Below, piece by piece: positions 24,868 to 38,342 of a stretch of DNA of 64,000 nucleotides (its first letter is position 1; every line of letters starts with the position of its first letter). Where the stretch lies: NCBI RefSeq assembly GCF_016432865.1, contig NC_067403.1, positions 248,310,001 to 248,374,000 on the forward strand, written 5' to 3'. Below the pieces are notes generated by a model. The model did not search any database. It was not told the DNA's origin and was given only the letters and a program-made list of their open reading frames with translations. Both the position numbers and the translations under genes were made by a program. The DNA is from Antechinus flavipes (lineage: Eukaryota).

Positions 24868-27075
24868 ATTATTTTTTATTATAGCTTTTTATTTACAAGA
24901 TATATGCATGGGTAATTTTTCAGCATTGACTCTTGCAAAACCTTCTGTTCCAACTCTTCCTCTCCTTCCCCCAACCCCTCCCCAGATGGCAGGTAGACCA
25001 ATACATATTAAATATGTTAAAGTATATGTTAAATACAATATATGTATACATATCCATACAGTAATTTTGCTGCACAAGAAGAATTGGACTTAGAAATAAG
25101 GTAAAAATAACCTGAGAAGGAAATCAAAAATGCAAGGAGACAAAAACAGAGGGAGTGGAAATGCTATGTTGTGGTTCACACTTATTTCCCAGCTATTTAT
25201 TTTGCTGGGTGTATCTGGTTCTCTTCATTATTGAACAAATGGAACTGATTTGATTGATCTCATTGTTGAAGAGAGCTACAGCCATCAGAATTGATCATCA
25301 TATTGTATTGTTGTTGAAGTATATAATGATCTCCTGGTCCTGCTCATTTCACTCAGCATCAGTTCATGTAAGTCTCTCCAAGCTTCTCTGTATTCATCCT
25401 GCTGGTCATTTCTTACAGAACAATAATATTTCATAACATTTATATACCACAATTTATTCAGCCATTCTCCACTTGATGGGCATCAATATAATTTCTAGTT
25501 TTTAGCCACTACAAAAAGGACTGTCACAGACATTCTTGCACATACAGATCCCTTTCCTTTCTTTAAGATCTCTTTGGGATATAAGCACAATAGTAACACT
25601 GCTGAATCAAAGGGTATGTATAGTTTGATAACTTTTTGAGCATAGTTCCAAATTGCTCTCCAGAATGGTTGGATTCATTCATAAGTCCACCAATAATGCA
25701 TCAATGTCCCATTTTTCCCACATCCCCTCCAACATTCAGCATTATTTTTTTTGTCATCACAGCCAAACTGACAGGTGTGTAGTGGTATCCCAGAGTTGTC
25801 TTAATTTGCATTTCTCTGATTAATAATGATTTGGAGCATCTTTTCATATGGCTAGAAATAGTTTCTATTTCTTCACCCAAAAAGTGTCTGTTCATATCTT
25901 TTGACCATTTATCAAGTGGAGAATGGCTTGATTTCTTATAAATTAGAGTCAATTCTCTATATTTTGCAAATGAGCCTTTATCAGAACCTTTGACTATAAA
26001 AATGTTTTCCCAGTTTATTGTTTCCCTTCTAATCTTGTCTGCATTAGTTTTGTTTGTACAAAAGCTTTTTAATTTGATTTAATCAAAATTTTCTATTTTG
26101 TGATCAATAATGATCTTTAGTTCTTCTTTGGTCACAAATTCCTTCTTCCTCCACAAGTCTGAGAGGTAAGCTATCCTTTGTTTTTCTAATGTAGTTATAA
26201 TCTCATTCTTTATGCCTAGATCATGAACCCATTTTGACTTTATCTTGGTGTATGGTGTTAAGTGTGGGTCAGTGCCTAATTTCTGCCATACTAATTTCCA
26301 ATTTTCCCAGCAATTTTTGTCAAACAATGAATTCTTATCCCAAAACCTGGGGTCTCTAGGTTTGTCAAACACTAGATTATTAAAGTTATTGATTATTTTG
26401 TCCTATGAACCTAACCTATTCCACTGATCAGCTAGTCTGTTTCTTAGCCAATCCCAAATGGTTTTGGTGACTGCTGCTTTATAATATAGTTTTAGATGTG
26501 GTACAGTTAGGCCACTTTCATTTGATTTTTTTTTTCATTAGTTCCCTTGAAAGTCTTGACCTTTTGTTTTTTCCAGATCAATTTTATTGTTATTTTTTCT
26601 AGGTCATTAAAATAGTTTTTGGGAGTCCAATTAGTATAACACTAAATAAATAGATTAGTTTAGCTAGTATTGTCATCTTTATTATATTTGCTTGACCTAT
26701 CCAAGAGCACTTAATATTTTTCCAATTGGTTAGATCTTACTTTATTTGTGTGGAAAGTGTTTTGTAATTTTGCTCATATGATTCCTGACTTTCCCTTGGC
26801 AGATAAATTCCCAAATATTTTGTACTATCGGCAGTTACTTTAAATGGAATTTCTCTTTGTATCTCTAACTGTTGGGTTTTATTAGTGGTATTGTATCCTG
26901 CAACTTTGCTAAAGGTGTGGATCATTTCTGATAGTTTTTTTTTTTTAGTAGAATTTCTGGGATTCTCTAAGTATACCATCATATCATCTGTAAAAAGTAA
27001 TAATTTGGTTTCCTCATTACCTTCTTTAATTCCTTTAATCTCTTTCTCAACTCTTATTGCCAAAGCTAGCATTTC
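24868..27075 (-). mobile_element. 5'-truncated L1 (~2.2 kb; RT C-terminal half, C-domain, 3'UTR)
   Basis: ORFs 26737-27138 (LLLFTDDMMVYLENP, KYLGIYLP), 26079-26372 and 25701-25952; T-rich tail at 24868-24890. Confidence 0.93.
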
Positions 27076-27199
27076 TAATGCAATATTATTATTATATACA
27101 ATTGATTTGTTAACTAAAACAAGCCTTTTTGATAACATAGTTTAATGAAAAAGACTATTGCACATGAAAGTGTAAATGCCCTATGTAATGCTTTCTAGT

Positions 27200-27622
27200 C
27201 CTTTTAAATATACCACAAAATTATCAGGTAAATTTCTTTTTTTCTCTCCCTCTACCCCCTGGAGATTGCCACCACTAGACACAAATACATATTTATACAT
27301 GTGTACACAAATACACACACATATATACAAATATATAGGAAATTATTCTATACATATTCCTATTTATCAGTTCTATATCTGGATATAGATAGTATCTGTC
27401 ATATTCTTTATAGTTAATTTAGATATTTATACTAGTCAAAGTAACTTGTTCACTCAAAGTCATTCATAAAATAATGTGGTTGTTACTATATACAATGTTC
27501 TCCTGTTTCTGCTCACTATACTCGTATTTTGTATGTCTTAAAATATTTATTTAAGATTATTGAATTCATTGTTTCTCATAAAACAATAATACTCCATCAG
27601 AATCCTATTTTGCATCTTGTTC
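27200..27622 (-). mobile_element. Old L1 3'UTR relic
   Basis: tatcagttctatatctggat...tgtgtatacaatgttctcctg...aaaacaataatactccat is L1 3'UTR-like. Confidence 0.6.
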
Positions 27623-27624
27623 AA

Positions 27625-27627
<3 letters not shown>

Positions 27628-27661
<34 letters not shown>

Positions 27662-27794
27662 AGGCAACTGGGGTTAAGTAATTTGCCCAGGGTCATACAG
27701 CTAGGAAGTATTACGTGTTTGAAACCAGATTTGAATTCAGGTCTTCCTGACTTCAAGGCCGGTGCTCTATCCACTGTGCCACCAAGCTGCCCCC
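27628..27794 (-). mobile_element. WSINE1-like SINE with 30-nt poly(A) tail
   Basis: Minus: GGGGCAGCTTGGTGGCACAGTGGATAGAGCACCGGCCTTGAAGTCAGGAAGACCTGAATTCAAATC; T run 27628-27657; no TSD found. Confidence 0.9.
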
Positions 27795-28039
27795 AGGCAA
27801 GATTTTTAATATTGGCCTTTCTAATTCCAAGTCCATCATTTCCCCACTCTGTCCTGCCACTCTGTATGGGCACCTTAGTCTGACATGTCATTTCTCAGAA
27901 CCAACCTGGCATTTGATTGTAGCTGAATGGGACTCCAAAGGAGAATTGGCCAAGCATTTTCATGAATGATGAAAAATAAATATCATAGATTAAATTTCAA
28001 AGTGTGTCATATATAAACTCTTTTTTTCTGAAGGCTTGA

Positions 28040-28790
28040 TTTTTTTTAAAGTTCAATTGCATTTTATTTTTCTAAATACATGTAAAGATAGTTTTCAAAA
28101 TTCATTTTTGTAAGACATCGTGTTCCAAATTTTTCTTCCTCGCTCCCTTAATCTCACACTTTTTCAAGACAGTAAGCAATCTGATAAAGGCTAAATATGT
28201 GCAATTCATTTAAATATATTTCTGTATTTCTCATGCTGTATAAGAAAAATCAGAGCAATGGGAGAAAATTAAAAAGAAAAAAACAATAAATAAACCATAG
28301 CAACAAAAAGGTGAAAATATTATATTTTGGTCCACATTTGATCTCCATGGTTCTCTCTAGATGTCTCTCTCTTTTCAGACTATTCTGAAATAATTCTGCT
28401 CATCATTTCTTATAGAACAATAATATTCCACCAAATTCACATAACATAGTTCATTCAACTATTCTTTAAGTGATGGACATCCACACAATTTTCTGTTCCT
28501 TGCACAACAAAAAGGTCTGCTGCAAACATTTTTGAATAGGTGGGTCCTTTTTCCTCTTTTATGATTTTTTGAGATACAGATCCAGTAGAGATACTGCTAG
28601 ATCAAAAGGGTATACACCTTTTGTGTATAGTTCCAAAAAGTCTCCAGCATAGTTGGATCATTTCACAATTCCACCAGCAATGCATTAGTGTCCCAGTTTA
28701 CCCATCTCCCCTCGAACATTTATCATTATTTTTTCCTGTTTCTTTTAGTCAAGCTGATAGGTGTGAGATGGTATCTTAGAATTGTCTTAA
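28040..28790 (-). mobile_element. Old L1 3' end
   Basis: aaatacatgtaaagatagttttc...gatacagatccagtag...ccaccagcaatgcattagtgtcccagttt. Confidence 0.8.
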
Positions 28791-29019
28791 TATTGTGGGT
28801 CTGATTCTTCAATATTTATCAGCTCTCTCTGATTTAGATGCTGTTAAATAAGCAATGCCATTAGCAACAAAGCAATATTTTCTGCACAACTCAGTAACTT
28901 TCTTTTTGAAATAATAAACTGTTGAAAAAACATCTAGCTAATCTTCCTCTTTCTGGGAAACTCACCACAATTGCTCTCTTGCATTTAGATGGGGTGGGGG
29001 GGAGGCAAGATATATTTAG

Positions 29020-29200
29020 ATGATACAGTGTATAAAGTCCTAGGCTTGAAACCAAGAAACATCATCTTCATAATTTCAAATAGAACCTCAATAACTTACT
29101 AGATGTGACTGGGCAAGTCTCTTAACCATAGTTTCCTCAGTTTCCTCATCTGTGACATGAACAGGAGAAAGAAATGGCAAACCGTTCTTAAGAAATTCAC
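29020..29200 (+). mobile_element. Mar1-like CORE-SINE
   Basis: gtgactgggcaagtc...cctcagtttcctcatctgt...ggagaaagaaatggcaaacc. Confidence 0.7.
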
Positions 29201-29239
29201 AAAATCACAGTGCAGATGAAAGGATTAGCACAATGATAT

Positions 29240-30400
29240 GAATAAAGGACAAACCCACTCTTGAGCTTACTATGAACTCCCCAGTTCAAGGAGATTGTTC
29301 CAGGTCAACACCCCTTTGGTGGTAGAAATTCCTATGTCTTCTTGAAACTTCATTAGCTCTTTTCTTCTGAAAAGTGAAAGTTCAGCATTACTACCTCTGT
29401 TTTTGCTATCATGAATAGGCCCATCTCCACTCCATCTCTAGGTCCTTTCTAAATCTCTGAAAAGTGATTCAGTGTAGCCCACCTCAACAAAAAATGAGCC
29501 TAGTGGACACTAGGAGCCATAGACTTCCGCCTGTATACCCTAGAGATTATGCTAACCCTCATAGCGTCTACAAAGATAGAAGAGTCCTGTTCGATTTGGG
29601 TCCTCATCATCTGTCACTGACCTGACCTGGAAAGCCTTCCTGACCTGGAAAACAGCCTGGCCAGTATCCAGGATTCTTTTTCCTCCCATGAGCAATCAAA
29701 GCCTCTGGAGCCTGACTCTTGGAATCAACTGCTACAGTACAATCCAGTTTTTGTATCTGGCACACTCAAGGACTTTACAAACTATAGGGAATCATCTGCC
29801 CATCTTTTCCAAATTGAGTTAGGATTTTCTTCTCATATGAGAATGACCATACTGATGACCCCAGAATTACCTTGAAGTGTGGCTTTGAGCCCACCAAAAT
29901 CAAGAATCTTGCTATTTCTCAAGGTGGGAAAGGGTGAAATGATCCAGACATCAGGGTCTCCTTCTCTTCCTTGTCAGCCTTCCTCAAAATGGGAGAGGGG
30001 CAATGTCCTTTGTGTTTACACTCAAAAAAGTTGCCAGAAATCTGATTTGGGACCAGAAAACCTGTTGGAGGGAAACTAGCAACAGCTGGGACCAAAGCCA
30101 TAATTAAAGGATCCCCTAGATGAAAAATGGAAGAAACTGTGTCCAAGATGTTGTTCTGTATGGAGCTATATGGAGAGGAAAGGAACCCACTCCCAACACT
30201 TTGAATATCATGTGATGAGACCCTGGTTTCCACATTTTATATTTTCCTGTGGCTCCACTGGGTACCACTGGGTACTGTGGGCTTGCACTACAACTCACTC
30301 TGATTACATATGTTTTCCTGTTGATTGGTTTGGGATTTTCCTGTACTACTGATCCCTCTAGTTGCTGATAGTATTGGATTTTGGATTTTTACATGAGAGA
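29240..30400. other. Unidentified GC-richer element, copy B (longer)
   Basis: Paralog of 15078-15990; the plus strand gives long protein-like but interrupted frames. Confidence 0.6.
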
Positions 30401-30652
30401 AGTTTCTATTTCTTCCCCCTATTATATATATATATACATACATACATATACACATACATACACATACACAAATATAAATTCACCCATATATATAAAGACA
30501 GACTTCTATAAACAGTTCAGCTATAAAAAAGAAAGTTAAAAATTTGGATTACATTTCTCTGTGCATAAGAAAAAGAATCCAATTTGCAGAATGCATCCCA
30601 GAGTGGGGATGGTATAGATTGGATTTTCTCTCTCTAAAAAATGTTGACTTAA

Positions 30653-31277
30653 TTAACGTTGTTGTACCCACACAGCTGTCTTGAAAATGTTCTTGACATC
30701 TTTGTTCCTCAGACTGTAGATTACTGGGTTCAACAAAGGAATGACCATGGTATAGAACACTGACACCACTTTGTCCAAGTCCATTGAAAGGACTTGAATT
30801 GGGTTTGAAGTACATGAACATGATTGTCCCATAAAATGTAGACATTGCGGTGATATGGGAAGCACAAGGGGAGAAGGCTTACTGATGGTTTTCAGCAGAG
30901 TGGATCTTCAGGATGGTGATGAAGATTAGTAAATAAGAAACAAATATGGCATGAAATGGCAAAATAGCATTGAATAATGCTAGCGTAAAGACTACTACCA
31001 GTTATGGGAATACCAGAGCAAGACAGAACTAGGAGAGAAGGAATATCAGCGAAAAAATGATGCCCTATGTTTGGCTTACAAAAGGAAAGGCTATATATGT
31101 TTCCTGTGATGATGGAAGAGGTCAGAAACCCAGAGATGTGAACACAACAGACAGGGACGCACTTAGAGTTGATGTCATGATGGTGGTGTAATCCAGGGGA
31201 TTGCACACAACTGTATTGTTATCGTTGACCATGGTGACTAAAAGAAAACTTTCAGTAGTGGCAAAAGCTGTAAAAAG
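30653..31277 (-). pseudogene. OR5B-like pseudogene, TM3 to stop only, frameshifted
   Basis: ORF pieces 30653-30865 ([27 protein letters not shown]) and 30892-31206 (GFLTSSIITGNIYSLSFCKPNIGHHFF); MAYDRH degraded to MVNDNN; no TM1-2. Confidence 0.92.
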
Positions 31278-31560
31278 TCTTATGGACATCTTTTATATTA
31301 GATAATTTATTCCATTATGTCTCCTTTTTCCTCTTTATCATCCCTTAATTTTATTTTTAAAAATCCCACCATATTTAACTCACACTTATTCCCTCTATGT
31401 ACTTCTAGTTGCTCTAAATTGAGAAACATTTTAGGAGTTAAATGTGTCATTTTGCCATGTAGGAATAAAAACAGTTTATCTTTATTAAATCTCTTATGAT
31501 TTCCCTTTCCTTTTCTGTATTTCCAAATTTCTCTTATTGTTTTGTTGACGATGGAATCTT
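31278..31560 (-). mobile_element. Old L1-derived fragment (paralog of 215-500)
   Basis: Same motif series as 215-500 and 51160-51540. Confidence 0.5.
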
Positions 31561-31827
31561 TGTAAAGTGATGGAGTAAATGCTGAATAAATTTTAAAGTG
31601 GGCTATGTGGATGAATTATTTGAATGAATGTCAAGTTCTTAAGCATTTCCCAGTTCACATCTGGTTTAGGGTCTAGTAAAAAAGTAGTGGTATTACTATT
31701 AAAGTTGTGCTTTCTAAATCACTTAAGGATTTTTGCTCTTTAAATAATAAACTTTTTAGAACTGACACAACTGATCTACTTTTAAAAAGGGTAACAGCTA
31801 GAATCATAATATCATGCTTATGCAAAT

Positions 31828-31829
<2 letters not shown>

Positions 31830-31862
<33 letters not shown>
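31830..31862. repeat. (GT)n microsatellite, paralogous to 51807-51842
   Basis: Direct reading; identical left flank gctagaatcataatatcatgctt. Confidence 0.9.
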
Positions 31863-31864
<2 letters not shown>

Positions 31865-32165
31865 TGAGATTCATTCCACAAAACAATATTTTAAAATATG
31901 GTGTTCTATTAAGGTCATTTAAATATGAAAAAAACTGAGGCTGAAACATTAAGTAGCTTGCCTTAAGTTATGCAACATGAAGTTATCTGAGATGGGATTT
32001 AAATTCATATCTCTTCTAACTCAGAGTCTATGACACTTTCTACTATATGATTGATGATGCCCCTAAAAAAGATTGACAAACACTTCTGTGGGCATAAAAA
32101 GAGTGTTATTTTGGTGCTGGATCCCAGAGGAAAGAAGGTACAGGTTGTATTTTCTCTTGAAGAAA

Positions 32166-32250
32166 AAAAAAAGATGATTTAATTGAAGTTGTTATCTTTT
32201 CATTATTTTCCTAAAAACATTCTTGATGTCTTTGATTCTAAGAGTTATAC
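32166..32250 (-). pseudogene. OR C-terminal stub (paralog of 900-960)
   Basis: aaaaacattcttgatgtctttgattctaagagttata = YNS*NQRHQECF-like decay of [12 protein letters not shown]; preceded by the OR 3'UTR motif. Confidence 0.7.
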
Positions 32251-32365
32251 TCGCAACACAACTCACTTCTCTGTTCACAAGAAAAACAACCCGATTTCCA
32301 GACTGGATAACACAGAGGGGATGGTATAGATTGAATTTTCTCTCCAAGAAAAAAAGTTGACCTAA

Positions 32366-33301
32366 TTAACCTTGTTGTCCCTTCACAGCTTTCCTGAAAG
32401 TGTTCTTGACATCTTTATTCCTAAGACTATAGACCAGAGGGTTCAACATAGGGATGACTGTGGTGTAGAACACTGACACTATTTTGTCTGAGTCCATTGA
32501 ATGCTTTGAACTAGGCTGGAAGTACATGAAGAAGATTGTCCCATAAAATATAGAAACTGCCGTGAGATGAGAAGTACAGGTGGAGAAGGCTTTCTGACGG
32601 CCTTCAGCAGAACGGATGCTCATGATGGTGATGAATATTAGCAAGTAAGAAGTAGAGATGACAAGAAGTGGGGAAACGACAGTGAATAAGCCTACTGTAA
32701 AGACTAGTAACTCAGTGATGTGAATATCAGAGCAAGAGAGAAGTAGGAGAGGGGGGATATCACAGAAAAAGTGTTGGAGTATGTTTGATCTACAAAAGGA
32801 AAGGCTAAATACATTGCCTGTGAGTATGGAGGTGGCTAGAAAGCCACAGCTGTAAGCACCACTAACAAGATATATACATACAGTTGAAGTCATGGTTGTA
32901 GTATAATGTAGAGGCTTACACACAGCTGCATGGCGATCATAGGCCATGGTGGCTAAAAGAAAACTTTCAATTGTAGCAAAAGCTACAAAAAAGAGTAGCT
33001 GTACAGCACATCCATTAAAGGAAATGACTTTGTTCCCTCTTAGGAGCCCAGCCATCACCTTGGGAGTTATAGTTGAAGAGAAGCCAAAATCCACCAAAGA
33101 GAGGTTACTGAGGAAAAAATACATGGGCGTGTGGAGATGGGAATCCCAGAAGACCAAAGCTACTATCCCCAAGTTCCCTACTAGGGTGATGAGGTAAATG
33201 AGAGTGAACATTATGAAGAGAGGAACCTGAAGCTCTGGATCATCTGTTATTCCTTTGAGGATGAACTCATTCACTTCAGATCTGTTCTCCATAGAAGTCA
33301 T
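32366..33301 (-). CDS. Olfactory receptor, class II, OR5B-like (OR-3)
   Basis: 311 aa intact ORF with all OR motifs; acceptor at 33322-33323. Confidence 0.97.
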   Translation of the reverse strand: MTSMENRSEVNEFILKGITDDPELQVPLFIMFTLIYLITLVGNLGIVALVFWDSHLHTPMYFFLSNLSLVDFGFSSTITPKVMAGLLRGNKVISFNGCAVQLLFFVAFATIESFLLATMAYDRHAAVCKPLHYTTTMTSTVCIYLVSGAYSCGFLATSILTGNVFSLSFCRSNILQHFFCDIPPLLLLSCSDIHITELLVFTVGLFTVVSPLLVISTSYLLIFITIMSIRSAEGRQKAFSTCTSHLTAVSIFYGTIFFMYFQPSSKHSMDSDKIVSVFYTTVIPMLNPLVYSLRNKDVKNTFRKAVKGQQG

Positions 33302-36300
33302 TTGGTAGTGATCTCATTCATCTGCAACAAAAGAGTTACCTTCAGAAAAATATACTCCAAGATGTAAAAATGGTCAGATATCTATTTTATTTGAGGGCTA
33401 GAAATAAGCAATCAAGAAACCAATAATATCTTGGTAGTTGTTGTAGCAGTTACTCTAAGTTTTTAAAATTCACTCATCTATTTTCTCATAAAGTCCCTTA
33501 TGTATTACCTCTTACTTTTGAAAATCTTCCACAAATTTAACCTTCTCCAAAGTGATATTTCCTATTTCCAGAAAGGAAAGTGACTTAACCTGTGACAAAA
33601 ATCAGCATTAGAAGAGGGATTACTGTAGATATGTGTTAGACAACTAGATCTCTTCATTTGGATATGCTTCAATCTGATGAAGAAAAGGAGAAAAGAAAAA
33701 TAAAGGAAAAGTGGAAGGAACCAAGAGAAAAGTTAAAAAAAACAAAAGAAGATTGAAGAGTTTTAAAAGATGATGGCCAACTATTTTCTATAATCCTGTT
33801 TGGGATTTATGGTAGCTTTGGACTGTATGCAATGGACTAAAATCAGCAATTCCTGTGTAGGAAGAGTTGTCGATGAAACCAATGATGTAGTTGTGAGAAT
33901 CTTGTCAAAAAGATCACTGCTAAATCACATAACAATATATGTGAGGGTTTTTTTTTTGTTTTTTTTTTTGTTTTTGCTTCACTAAACCTGTCCCTTTTTC
34001 AATTCACCACTGCTATTGTGGAAACAGAAGGCATTCACAAACAGGGATATTTTGTCCTTTCTTTTACTATGTTTTTGGGGTCCCAGAAAAATCTCCAATT
34101 TGGGGGTCTGCCTCCTTGAAGTCTTAATTAAAATTTCATCTGAATAAGCTTTTCTTAATTCAGTGACCTCAATTTCAGTGCCTTCCCTCCTTTGATTATC
34201 TCTAATTGAGCCAGAATATTGCTTGGTTGTAAGCCAATATTTGCATGTTATTTGGAAAGAGATTATGGTACTCTTCATCAACAGGGACTGTATTTTATCT
34301 TTGTATTCTCAGTGCTTAGCATGTTGCTGGAAATGAGGACATATGATTGGCTGGAGGTAACCATCAATATCTGAACTAAGCAAAGGTGGTCTTTAGGCTT
34401 TAGATAATGCTAGTTTACATTCACAAACATCACAACTTGGAAGGAATTTCAACTGTTGTGTATCATACACTTACTCAAAGAGTAATTATTTTCATCTTTA
34501 CCAAATGAGTTATTTCAAGTTTCCATAGAAGTTATAATAGTCTATCACATGCTATCTATTACAGGTTGTATCTTTAAACATTTGTGTATAATAAGCAGAA
34601 GCAGAGAATGTCAAGTCAGCATAGTTCCTTAGAGGTCAGCTACTTCAACCACATCTGACCCGGAGTCATCTTTATCAAAATCTGCCAAAAGTAATGAAAG
34701 ATTGGAAAAGGAGAAGAGCTGGTTAAAGAGAAACGATGAAAGAGATGAGTTATATGGCTCTATAATAGCATGTCGGGTTCCTCAAGGAATTAAGCCTCAT
34801 ATGCAAGATGAATTAGAATCTCTCCTTTATGAAAACAAATATGGCAGCAAAGGTACCATTGAGAGTTGTAACTATAATGTGTTTCAGTGTAGGTTTTGGT
34901 TTATTTAAATGAAATAGGATAGTTCACTTTTGTCTACTATAATGCTTTTAAACTTGAGGAAATACACTGGTATAAAGAATTCAGGAACCTCAATGAGAAT
35001 ACATGGTGGAAAACATTCTGTTATCAATATATTACTGATGGAAGATTTATATTATCTGGACTTTGCCAGAATGTTTTCTCTTATTCTGTGTTTTTTATTT
35101 GATCTTTCTATGTTGTTCTCTGCTTCTGTTTCTCTGTGTCTCTCTATATATCTCTGCATATTTGTTTCTGTGTGTCTTTCCCTGTCTTTGATTTCCCCTT
35201 TTTCTTTTGTAATCTTGCTTCTCCTTTTGTGTCTCTTTCTATCTGCATATCTAACTATGTATCTATCTATGATCTTTCAATCTATCTCTGGTTCTATCTC
35301 TGTCTCTTTTTTTCAAAGAACAGATAATGGTTATATGATGAAAATATTATTTGTATTCATTAAAATCTCAAAATCAAGGAATAAGTGAAAAAAATTATCC
35401 TACATTTAATTCTTATAAAGCATGGAGAATTATTAGGCAGTATTAGGTAGAGTTAAATATGAAAAAAAATTGTTGAAAAGAAAAAAAAAGACCAAAGATG
35501 AATTCAAATGCAGTTCCTCCCTTATAGTTATAGCCAGAGTAATGCTAGGACTCAGACTGCACTGAGGAAAGCCCAGAAAGCTAAAGAATCCCAAGAGGTG
35601 GGTGTTGTTTATTAAAAGTTGTGCTATTTTGGAAAATAAAGATTAGTCAGATAAGTAACTGGATTAATTCCGAAGGCTGAGGAGACACATATAATAAGTG
35701 ACAAGCAAAAACAGATCTGCTCAGTTTGGATTTTAGTTTGTTTTTTTTTTTTTTTTCTGAAAAAGAGAATGATTTTGTGACTTAGGAGAACAGAACAAGA
35801 ACATATATTTGTGGAGTGAAGGAAAGAATCATTTGTATAGCTTCCTTTACATGCCAAGCACTGTGCTGCACTTCATAAATTTTGTATTATTTGATTCTCA
35901 TATTAATCCTGGAGTGTATTTTATTATTCAAATTTTAAAATTGAGGAAACCAAGGAAGCCAGAGGTTGTATGACTTGCCCAGGATCATACCTTAAATGTC
36001 CACAACTGGATTTAAATTCAGGTCTTACTGAGTCCAGTCCCAAGGCTCTATCCATTCTATCATAGCTGCTTCTTTAAAATTTGCAAAGTTTTTAAAATAC
36101 CTTGGATCATTTGTTTCCTACAATATTGTGCCATGCAAATAAGAACACCAATTTGCCCCTATACTGTGAGACAGAGTCTCTGAGCATACAGAGGTGGTCC
36201 ACTGTATTTTACATTTGACGCAACATGTTCATTTGTGGATTCCCCACCTTAAGAAGGACATTGATAAACTCAAGATTTTCCAGAGGAGTTTGTCCAGAAT

Positions 36301-38267
36301 GGAAAAAGGCATTGAAATGTTGCCATATTGGGAATGATGGAAGGAACTAAGGATATTTGGTGTAGAGAAGATAAAATATGGGATTCAGAACACCAATTGG
36401 GATTGAAGTTATTTTCAAGTGCCTCAAGTACTGACATAAAGAAGAAATATTTGGTATCAAAAGGAAGAACCAGGAGGAAAGGGATGGAGGTTAAGGAGAA
36501 ACGAATTTATGTTTAAAAAATATTTCTCAAATATTGATATTCAGAGTGAAAAAGTTAATTTCTAATTTTATATCAAAATTTTATTCCTACCTGTACTTAA
36601 TATCCCTATTATCATGGACAAACCACTTCTCCTCAGAGCCTCCATTCAGTCATAAGTCAAAAAATGATAAAATGGCACCTTCATCATAGAGCTGTTCTGA
36701 ATATTGAAGGAGATGATTCTGTAAAATGCTTTGAAAACTTTAAAGCTCTATAAAATCATTATCTACTATTATTTAATTAACACCACTGCTACTCTCTATC
36801 TTGCCATTCAGAACTACTTTAGAGTATACCTAAGAGTGTTGATAAATAGTATTCTCTTGGAAAGGTTTCTGATTAGGAATCTGAAGACTTGGCTTCTAAT
36901 TTTACTTGGATACTTATTTTTTTCCTGTGGTTCCATGGTCTTTAGTTAATCCTTGTATACCTCTGTCTGTTCGTTGGAAAATGGAAATTATATTTCTTTG
37001 AGTATGAGGGTCACACAGTTATTAGAAAGAAATTATTTGTTCAGAATTAAATGCTATGGATTTGAGTTACCAAGATCAGGTTATTGGCATCATACATGAC
37101 GATGAATGAGCTGATGATCTGAGAAATAAAAATACATAGAGACAAAAGGATAAAAGTGCTCCTGCACTACAAAATCCTAGTGTAACAGTACAGTGTAATG
37201 GAGAGAGCTTTGATCTTTGAGTTAAGAAAATGTGGATTTAATATCCACTTCAGACCCTTATTAATTATTTTTGTCTAGACAAATTACTTATGTTAACCAG
37301 CTTCAGGTTATTTGCCTTTAAAAGGAGGAAGGAGTTCATAGTAATTGTACTTATCACATATAGTTGGGGGATTCAAATGAGAACATTGAAGAGCTTTTCA
37401 ATATCATAAAAATGTGAGCTATTATTATTATGGGCAAAGACTCTATCTCCATTATTTTTTCTTATCAAACTCCTCTCTAAAGTTTTTAATGTAGTGTCTT
37501 ACAGTACACAGGTATACTACAGGCAATCAACATTATTAAATTATGCCTTCATTTGGTTGACACAGTCAGCTATCCCTTAAGTGGCTCTTTTGATTACTGA
37601 AAGATGAGAAACTTGAAAAAATACAAATAGTGAATGAATGTTTGAGCACAGTTTTAATACATGATCTCATTGGAGGTCTAAGACAATCCTATGACATAAA
37701 TACTACAAGTACAATTATGTATAATTCATGGATAAGGAAATTGACTTACCTAGGGGGAAAGTGAGTTAATATCTGAGATAGAAGAAATTTTTATACCGTT
37801 GTCCTGCCTCCATGTCCAGCAGTGTTTCTATTATCCCATTTTGGTATCTATGTAAACCCTGAAATCTTGAGTTGAATAACCTAGAACTTAGCTGGATTAA
37901 TATAAAGAAAAATGGCCAAGACTCTAAAAAGGAGAGCCAGCCAAGAACTTGATATTCAAATTTTGACCTTGAAGTCCCAGGCCTAGCAAATATATAATTA
38001 TATTTGAAAAACTCTTCACTAGTCACTAGATAAAGGAGTTTAAAGGTATCTAGTGGTATAGTAGCCAGTCACTTTGGCCATTGTGGTAGAGTTAGTGATG
38101 CTCACTCCTATCCTTTATTCAGTTCAGCCTCAGGAAACACAATAGAAAGTAAGTGAATGACTCAGAATTCAACCCACCAGCTTGGTCCTCAGCATTAAGC
38201 CCTATTGTGGAAGGTTTCGGTGTCAGTGGCTGAGCCAAAGATTTTAAGCAGACTGGGAATTCTGTGA

Positions 38268-38342
38268 CTCTTGGGAGATCATGCTCCCTTGGAGATTCTG
38301 GCAGCTCTGTTGCCAATTCCTGAACAAAAAAAAAAATAATTA
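38268..38342 (-). promoter_or_regulatory. Putative OR-3 promoter cassette
   Basis: ctcttgggag (38268), ctcccttggaga (38284), tggca-N7-tgccaa, taatta (38337). Confidence 0.6.

Noticed and set aside
27547-27891. 114-aa and 88-aa ORFs with poly-Lys or poly-Phe; tRNA-like A and B boxes
   Set aside because: Read-through of a SINE and its poly(A) tail; the tRNA-derived head cannot form a full cloverleaf gene.
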